From Lachnospiraceae bacterium (GTDB lineage: Bacteria; Bacillota; Clostridia; Lachnospirales; Lachnospiraceae), in NCBI GenBank assembly GCA_030527595.1, contig JAUNAN010000001.1, positions 882 to 64,881 on the forward strand: a stretch of 64,000 bases of DNA, written 5' to 3'. The notes under the pieces were generated by a model. It made no database searches and was not told the origin of the DNA. It saw nothing but the letters and a program-made list of their open reading frames with translations. The position numbers were made by a program, and so were the translations under genes. Below are positions 58,350-64,000 of the stretch, one piece after another (position 1 is the first letter of the stretch; every line of letters begins with the position of its first letter).

Positions 58350-60215
58350 TTGAAAAAACAGGCTCTATCTGATGAAATCCTGCTCTCTGTAGAAAAGCCG
58401 GCACGCTATGTCGGAAATGAAAAAAACGCTGTCTTAAAGGACAAGAACAGCGTGGATATTCGTTTTGCCATGTGTTTTCCGGATGTCTATGAGATCGGCA
58501 TGTCCCATCTCGGCATCCAGATCATATATGAGCAGATGAACAGAAGAAATGATACCTGGTGTGAACGTGTGTATTCTCCATGGCCGGATCTTATGAAGGT
58601 GATGAAGGATCGGAAGATCCCGCTTTTTGCCCTCGAGTCACAGGATCCCGTAAAGGATTTCGATATACTGGGCATTACGCTTCAGTTCGAGCTCTGTTAC
58701 ACGAACGTTCTTCAGGTATTGGATCTCTCCGGCATCCCGATCAGTGCCGCAGAGAGAACCGAAGCGGATCCGATCGTGATCGGCGGAGGTCCGTGTACCT
58801 ATAATCCCGAACCGATTGCGGAATTTTTTGACATTTTTGCGATCGGAGAATCAGAAGCTGAGCTGGATGCACTGCTCGATCTTTACAAGACCTGCAAGGA
58901 AAAGCATGTTCCGAGAAAAGAGTTTCTGAAGCAGGCGGCTTCTCTTCCGGGTATGTATGTTCCTATGTTTTACGAAGTCACTTATCACGAGGACGGAACA
59001 CTTGCCTCCTTTGCTCCGGCGGAAGAGGGAATCCCGAAAACGGTTCAGCGTCAGATCTGCAGCGATTTCACCGGTTCACCCTATCCGACAGCCCCGATCG
59101 TACCTTACATTCGGGCTACACAGGATCGCGTGACACTGGAAATCATGCGCGGCTGTATTCGCGGCTGCCGATTCTGTCAGGCCGGCATGGTGTATCGTCC
59201 GCTTCGTGAAAAAAAACTGGACACACTGAAGGAATACGCAGACTGCATGATCGCGGCTACAGGATGGGAGGAACTTTCTCTCAGCTCCTTAAGCTCCAGC
59301 GACTACAGTAAGCTGCCGGAGCTTCTGGATTATCTGATTAAAAATTTCCATGAAAATCATGTGAATGTGTCGCTGCCGTCTCTTCGAATTGATAATTTTT
59401 CTCTTGATGTCATGAATAAGGTGCAGGACATCAGAAAGAGCAGTCTGACCTTTGCACCGGAGGGCGGCACTCAGCGCATGCGTGATGTCATCAATAAGGG
59501 ACTGACAGAGGAAGATATTTTAGGCGGTGCTGCCGAGGCATTTAAGGGCGGCTGGAATAAGGTAAAGCTTTATTTTATGCTGGGGCAGCCCACAGAGACC
59601 GAGGAGGACAGAAAGGGAATCGCACATCTGGCTCAGGCTATCTGCGATACTTATTATGAGCTTCCGAAGGAGGAACGGAACGGCAAGTGTGAAATCAACG
59701 TCAGCACATCATTTTTCGTACCGAAGCCGTTTACGCCCTTCCAGTGGGCGACGATGTCGAGAAAGGAAGATTATCTTTCTTACGCAAGGACCGTAAAATC
59801 AGAAATCAGGGAGATGAAAAATCAGAAAAGCATTCGCTATAACTGGCATGAGGCGGAAGGTACGGTGCTCGAAGGCGTCTTTGCCAGAGGAGACAGACGT
59901 GTCAGCTCCGCAATCCGCTATGCTTATGAGCACGGCGCAATTTTTGATGCCTGGGGCGATTTCTACAGACCTGAGATCTGGGCGGAGGCATTTCAGGAGA
60001 CCGGTGTTGATCCGGAGTTCTATAATTTAAGAGCACGCAGCACGGATGAGCTTCTTCCATGGGATTTTATAGATATCGGTGTTACAAAGCAGTTTCTGAT
60101 CAGAGAGTGGGAAAGAGCCCATGAGGCGAAAGTCACTCCGAACTGCCGTGAGGCATGCTCCGGCTGCGGTGCTGCAAAATACGGCTGCGGCATCTGTAAG
60201 GAGAAACGCGCATGA
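58350..60215 (+). CDS. TIGR03960-type B12-binding-like radical SAM protein
   Basis: KPARY, FPDVYEIGMS, EIMRGCIRGCRFCQAG, TFAPEGGTQRMR, KLYFM and PKPFTPFQW motifs, plus a C-terminal Cys cluster. TTG start. Confidence 0.88.
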   Translation: MKKQALSDEILLSVEKPARYVGNEKNAVLKDKNSVDIRFAMCFPDVYEIGMSHLGIQIIYEQMNRRNDTWCERVYSPWPDLMKVMKDRKIPLFALESQDPVKDFDILGITLQFELCYTNVLQVLDLSGIPISAAERTEADPIVIGGGPCTYNPEPIAEFFDIFAIGESEAELDALLDLYKTCKEKHVPRKEFLKQAASLPGMYVPMFYEVTYHEDGTLASFAPAEEGIPKTVQRQICSDFTGSPYPTAPIVPYIRATQDRVTLEIMRGCIRGCRFCQAGMVYRPLREKKLDTLKEYADCMIAATGWEELSLSSLSSSDYSKLPELLDYLIKNFHENHVNVSLPSLRIDNFSLDVMNKVQDIRKSSLTFAPEGGTQRMRDVINKGLTEEDILGGAAEAFKGGWNKVKLYFMLGQPTETEEDRKGIAHLAQAICDTYYELPKEERNGKCEINVSTSFFVPKPFTPFQWATMSRKEDYLSYARTVKSEIREMKNQKSIRYNWHEAEGTVLEGVFARGDRRVSSAIRYAYEHGAIFDAWGDFYRPEIWAEAFQETGVDPEFYNLRARSTDELLPWDFIDIGVTKQFLIREWERAHEAKVTPNCREACSGCGAAKYGCGICKEKRA

Positions 60216-61021
60216 AATTAAGAATCAGATTTACCAAGACAGGTCTCATAAAGTTTGTCGGTCATCTGGACTTCATGAGAACCTTCCAGAAGATCGTGGC
60301 AAGGAGCGGGATCTCTCCGATCTACTCTGCGGGCTTTAACCCGCATATGGAAATGTCTTTTGCCTCCCCGCTCGGAGTCGGAGCGGAGAGTTTAGGGGAC
60401 TATGTGGATCTGGAAGCCGGCTACCGGGTACCGGAGGGTGTCAGCATTGTTGAAAAGCAGAGACTGGATCTCATGGGATATGTAAATGAGGAATTTCCCG
60501 ATGTCCCCTCTGAGCGTTTTCTTCTCGATACACTGAACGAAGCGAGTGTCGAGGGTGTTAAGTTTCTCGGTGTCCGCCGGATCACGGAGGACGGCAAAGC
60601 ATCCCGTGCGATGGCAGTGGTGCGCAATGCCGCTTATGAGATCCGGCTTTCCGGGTTTTCGCCGGATAAACGGGAGCAGATCGAACAGGTTTGGCTGAGT
60701 CTTTCCGATGAAACGGAGATCAATATCCTGAAAAAGACGAAAAAGTCAGAGAAGCTTGTCAACATTCGTCCTCTGATCCACTCGGCAGGAATCGGAAGAT
60801 CTTCTTACAGGACTGTTCTCACTCCTGATGAGGACGAGAATGACCTGATCTTGAATCTTGTATGCGCATCCGGAAGCACGGAAAATCTTAAGCCGGAAAC
60901 ACTGATGGATGTTTTTTTTGAAAAACTGAATTTTGCCGAAGAGCCGCACGCAGATATTCTCCGTATCGATCTTATGACGGAGGATCTTCGTTCGCTCGGT
61001 GAACTCGGAGTGAAATTATGA
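60212..61021 (+). CDS. TIGR03936/DUF2344 radical SAM-associated protein
   Basis: RIRFTKTG..KFVGHLD and YSAGFNPH..SFASPLGVG motifs. ATGA coupling with the upstream gene. Confidence 0.85.
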   Translation: MKLRIRFTKTGLIKFVGHLDFMRTFQKIVARSGISPIYSAGFNPHMEMSFASPLGVGAESLGDYVDLEAGYRVPEGVSIVEKQRLDLMGYVNEEFPDVPSERFLLDTLNEASVEGVKFLGVRRITEDGKASRAMAVVRNAAYEIRLSGFSPDKREQIEQVWLSLSDETEINILKKTKKSEKLVNIRPLIHSAGIGRSSYRTVLTPDEDENDLILNLVCASGSTENLKPETLMDVFFEKLNFAEEPHADILRIDLMTEDLRSLGELGVKL

Positions 61022-62223
61022 GCGAATTCATTGTTACCGAGACAACTGCCGGGGACAGGCTCGTTCTGGCAGCAGCTCTGTTCTCAGAAGGAAAAATGCA
61101 GGAGCTGCAGATTCAGGGGGATACAAGAAGATCTCTTGTGGGTTGCATCTATATGGGAGTCGTAGATCAGACTGCACCTCAGATCGGCGGTGCCTTTCTG
61201 CGCATTGAAAAGAGCTTCCGTGTATTTCTTCCGCTGAAGCACGATAAGATCAGAGCTTCGCGTCGTATTCTTTTCCAGATCACCAAGGATGCGGCGGGCC
61301 GCAAAGAGCCGGTCGCCACACAGAATCTGTCGCTGTCCGGTAAATATGCCGTTGTGAGCAGAAATCCCGGAAAACTATCTTTTTCCTCAAAGCTTGAGGA
61401 GGAGAGAAAGGAACTCCTGAAAAAGTGGCTTCTGGATGAAGAAATTGATCAGATCTCTCACAGAGTTCTGGTTCGTACGGCAGCGGCCTGGTGTGAAAAG
61501 GCAGATATCATAAAAGAGATACACCTGCTCTCGGAGGAGCTTGACAGGATCCTGTCAGAGGCTGAAAATGCCAGGACAGGGAAACTTCTCTATGAACCGG
61601 ATCCCTTCTATATACAGATGCTGAAGAGCCTCGCTCCCGATAAAATGACCACGGATATTCCTGCTGTTCATGCGCGATTATCGGATTATGCTGACAAATA
61701 CCATGAGGCGGCAGAAATCGTAAGCTACGAGAACAGAAAGCTGTCACTGGATGTCCTGTATAATCTGCCTCGCGAGCTGGAAAAAATACTGCAGAAGCAA
61801 GTCTGGCTCAAGAGCGGTGCCTTTCTGGTGATTGAACAGACTGAGGCATTTGTCAGTATTGATGTCAATACAGGCAAGCATACAAAAGGAAAAATTCCGG
61901 AAGAAACATACAGAAAAATCAATCTGGAAGCGGTATGGGAGATCGCAAGACAGCTGCGGCTGCGCAATCTCTCGGGTATGATACTTGTTGACTTTATTTC
62001 ACTGAAAAGTGAGGATCATAAGAAGGAGCTCACTGCTGTTATGAAGAAAGCCGTGCGGACAGATCGCGTTCATACAGATGTCATTGATCTGACACCGCTC
62101 GGGATCATGGAAATCGTCCGGCAAAAAGCCGCGCGCCCTCTTTCCGAGGAGGTCTTCACCGGAATGAAGGTGAAGATGAATGAAGCGGAAAAAATATTGA
62201 CAAATCAGGAAGAAATGAATTGA
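61018..62223 (+). CDS. Ribonuclease E/G family protein
   Basis: S1-like N-terminus, LKSGAFLVIEQTEAFVSIDVNTG and QLRLRNLSGMILVDFI motifs. Confidence 0.9.
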   Translation: MSEFIVTETTAGDRLVLAAALFSEGKMQELQIQGDTRRSLVGCIYMGVVDQTAPQIGGAFLRIEKSFRVFLPLKHDKIRASRRILFQITKDAAGRKEPVATQNLSLSGKYAVVSRNPGKLSFSSKLEEERKELLKKWLLDEEIDQISHRVLVRTAAAWCEKADIIKEIHLLSEELDRILSEAENARTGKLLYEPDPFYIQMLKSLAPDKMTTDIPAVHARLSDYADKYHEAAEIVSYENRKLSLDVLYNLPRELEKILQKQVWLKSGAFLVIEQTEAFVSIDVNTGKHTKGKIPEETYRKINLEAVWEIARQLRLRNLSGMILVDFISLKSEDHKKELTAVMKKAVRTDRVHTDVIDLTPLGIMEIVRQKAARPLSEEVFTGMKVKMNEAEKILTNQEEMN

Positions 62224-62248
62224 CGCATCAGATATCCTGTGTTAAAGT
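62220..62248 (+). promoter_or_regulatory. Sigma-A promoter for rplU-prp-rpmA
   Basis: TTGACG-17 bp-TAAAGT with an extended -10 TG. Confidence 0.65.
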
Positions 62249-62254
62249 TACATT

Positions 62255-62318
62255 TGGCCGCACGGTGAGGTTATAAGTCTGCGCATTTTTATCGCGGCAC
62301 CGCAGACCGGCGAGTATT
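62255..62318 (+). ncRNA. L21 ribosomal leader (cis-regulatory RNA)
   Basis: CCGCAC...GGCGAGT ends with an internal CGGTG/CACCG helix, directly upstream of rplU. Resembles the Firmicutes L21 leader. Confidence 0.7.
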
Positions 62319-62339
62319 GTGGAAAAGGAGGAATGCTTG

Positions 62340-62645
62340 ATGTACGCAGTTATTGCAACAGGCGGGAAGCAGTACAGAGTTTCTGAAGGCGATGTCATCC
62401 GTGTTGAAAAGCTCGGTGTTGAGGTCGGTGAGACAGTTACCTTTGATCAGGTTCTTGCTGTAAAGAATGATGCACTTAAGGTCGGTGATGATGTTAAGGG
62501 CGCTACTGTTGAGGCACAGGTTATCAGCAACGGCCGTGAGAAGAAGGTCATTGTTTATAAGTTCAAGGCTAAGACAGGCTATCACAAGAAGAACGGTCAC
62601 AGACAGGCTTATACAGCTGTTAAGATCAATAAGATCAACGCTTAA
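62340..62645 (+). CDS. rplU: 50S ribosomal protein L21
   Basis: [14 protein letters not shown] and GHRQAYT motifs. Confidence 0.97.
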   Translation: MYAVIATGGKQYRVSEGDVIRVEKLGVEVGETVTFDQVLAVKNDALKVGDDVKGATVEAQVISNGREKKVIVYKFKAKTGYHKKNGHRQAYTAVKINKINA

Positions 62646-62662
62646 TTTCGAAACAATTATCC

Positions 62663-62980
62663 ATGATTACGATTACGGTTTTTGAAAGACACGGTGAAGT
62701 TGCAGGATTTGACTGCAGCGGTCATGCGGAATATGATGATCCCGGAAAGGACATTGTCTGCGCATCCGTTTCGGTTTTAACAATTAATACTGTAAATTCA
62801 CTTGAGATGATTACTCGTGATGATGTAGAAGCCTCTGAAGTTTCGGGTCATCTGATCTGTAACTTCCGATCTCAGCTTTCCGAGGGCGGCAGAGTTCTTG
62901 TAGACTCTATGCTGCTTGGCATCTCACAGATCCAAAAACAGTATCCATCGTATATCCGTATGAAACGCAGGGAGGTGTAA
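62663..62980 (+). CDS. prp: Ribosomal-processing cysteine protease Prp
   Basis: SGHA...[10 protein letters not shown] (His/Cys dyad). Lies between rplU and rpmA. Confidence 0.92.
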   Translation: MITITVFERHGEVAGFDCSGHAEYDDPGKDIVCASVSVLTINTVNSLEMITRDDVEASEVSGHLICNFRSQLSEGGRVLVDSMLLGISQIQKQYPSYIRMKRREV

Positions 62981-62985
62981 AAGCC

Positions 62986-63282
62986 ATGCTGGAAATGAAT
63001 CTTCAGCTCTTTGCTCATAAGAAGGGTGTCGGTTCCACAAAGAACGGCCGTGATTCTGAGGCTAAGAGATTAGGAGCTAAGAGAGCAGACGGTCAGTTTG
63101 TAAAGGCTGGTAACATTCTTTACAGACAGCGCGGAACTCACATCCATCCGGGTGCAAATGTAGGCCGCGGCGGCGACGATACTCTGTATGCTAAGGCAGA
63201 CGGTATTGTTCGTTATGCACGTCTTGGCAAGTATCGCAAGCAGTGCTATATCGAGCTTGTTGATACAGCTGCAGCTGAATAA
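62986..63282 (+). CDS. rpmA: 50S ribosomal protein L27 with Prp-cleaved N-terminal extension
   Basis: MLEMNLQLF|[15 protein letters not shown]. Confidence 0.97.
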   Translation: MLEMNLQLFAHKKGVGSTKNGRDSEAKRLGAKRADGQFVKAGNILYRQRGTHIHPGANVGRGGDDTLYAKADGIVRYARLGKYRKQCYIELVDTAAAE

Positions 63283-63300
63283 AGCTGATAATGAATTCAG

Positions 63301-63339
63301 AAGGGCTTCGAATCATTTTGATTTGAAGTCCTTTTCTGT
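63301..63339 (+). terminator. Intrinsic terminator after rpmA
   Basis: AAGGGCTTCGAATCA-TTT-TGATTTGAAGTCCTT followed by TTCTGT. Confidence 0.75.
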
Positions 63340-63352
63340 TACGGAGGATACT

Positions 63353-64000
63353 ATGTTTGCAGATAAAGCAAGAATCCACATTGTTTCCGGCAAGGGCGGA
63401 GACGGCTGCGTCAGCTTCCGCAGAGAAAAGTATGTGCCGGCGGGCGGTCCTGACGGCGGAGACGGAGGCAAGGGCGGAGACATTATTTTCGAAGTCGACA
63501 AGAGCATGAATACGCTCTTTATTTATAAACACAGATATATGTTCAAGGCAGGAAACGGAGAACCGGGCAGGGGCAGAAGATGTCACGGCAAGAACGGTGA
63601 CGACCTGATCCTTAAGGTCCCTGAAGGAACGATCCTGAGAGAAGAACACTCCGGAAGAATCGTTGCGGATCTTTCCGGCGAAAATCAGAGACAGATCGTC
63701 CTGAAGGGCGGCCAGGGCGGAAGAGGCAATATGAACTTTGCCACAGCCACAAACCAGGCACCCCAGTACGGACAGCCGGGCAAACCGGCAATGGAGCTGG
63801 ATCTGACGATGGAGCTGAAGCTTGTCGCGGATGTCGGACTTGTCGGCTTCCCGAATGCGGGGAAATCCACTTTCCTGAAAAAGGTGACAAATGCCGATCC
63901 GAAGATCGCAAATTATCCGTTTACAACGATCAATCCGAATCTCGGTGTCGTAAATCTGGATAACGGAAGAGGCTTCGTTCTTGCGGATATGCCAGGACTT
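63353..64000 (+). CDS. obgE: GTPase ObgE (3' truncated by window edge)
   Basis: Read by hand from ATG 63353 after GGAGG: [39 protein letters not shown]...[15 protein letters not shown]...YPFTT. Confidence 0.96.
   Translation, partial: MFADKARIHIVSGKGGDGCVSFRREKYVPAGGPDGGDGGKGGDIIFEVDKSMNTLFIYKHRYMFKAGNGEPGRGRRCHGKNGDDLILKVPEGTILREEHSGRIVADLSGENQRQIVLKGGQGGRGNMNFATATNQAPQYGQPGKPAMELDLTMELKLVADVGLVGFPNAGKSTFLKKVTNADPKIANYPFTTINPNLGVVNLDNGRGFVLADMPGL

Noticed and set aside
62986-63012. N-terminal extension on L27 as a mis-called start or novelty
   Set aside because: This is the known Firmicutes Prp-cleaved extension, and prp is adjacent.
1-64000. CRISPR arrays, IS/transposases, integrases, prophage, tRNA/rRNA genes, defence systems
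   Set aside because: No repeat-spacer pattern, recombinase or transposase ORF, cloverleaf or compositional island was seen. Nearly all sequence is explained by housekeeping genes.

Overview
This is a gene-dense core-chromosome segment, almost entirely on the + strand, from an anaerobic Bacillota (Clostridia, most likely Lachnospiraceae, judged from gene order and protein style). In order it holds: the 3' part of an EF-G paralogue, prs, a monomeric [FeFe]-hydrogenase heading a DUF512-der-plsY-gpsA run, an aldo/keto reductase, a one-carbon operon (metF-fhs-fchA-folD) coupled to a membrane MutS-like ATPase and rnhA, alaS, rpsU, scpAB-HI0933-cmk-ispH-rpsA, a degenerate YprB-like exonuclease, rnfCDGEAB-apbE with two accessory genes, a nitroreductase, ruvAB with a LexA box, zapA-U32-SEDS-bPBP, ytfI/ytfJ-like genes, rpmB-asp23-fakA-recG, mgsA-like-rsmD-coaD, pepD, an Rlu synthase, lepB, recU, hisZGD and hisI, the TIGR03960/TIGR03936 radical-SAM pair, RNase E/G, and rplU-prp-rpmA-obgE (partial). 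I saw no mobile element, prophage, CRISPR array, rRNA or tRNA. No new system can be demonstrated from the sequence alone. The best leads are the uncharacterised radical-SAM pair beside RNase G and ribosome genes, the membrane MutS-like ATPase coupled to RNase HI, a ~95-nt nested palindrome between hisD and hisI, candidate structured leaders before metF and alaS, an rpsA promoter inside ispH, and enzymes with altered active sites (FolD, MgsA, the YprB-like protein). All family calls come from motif recognition by eye, not database searches.
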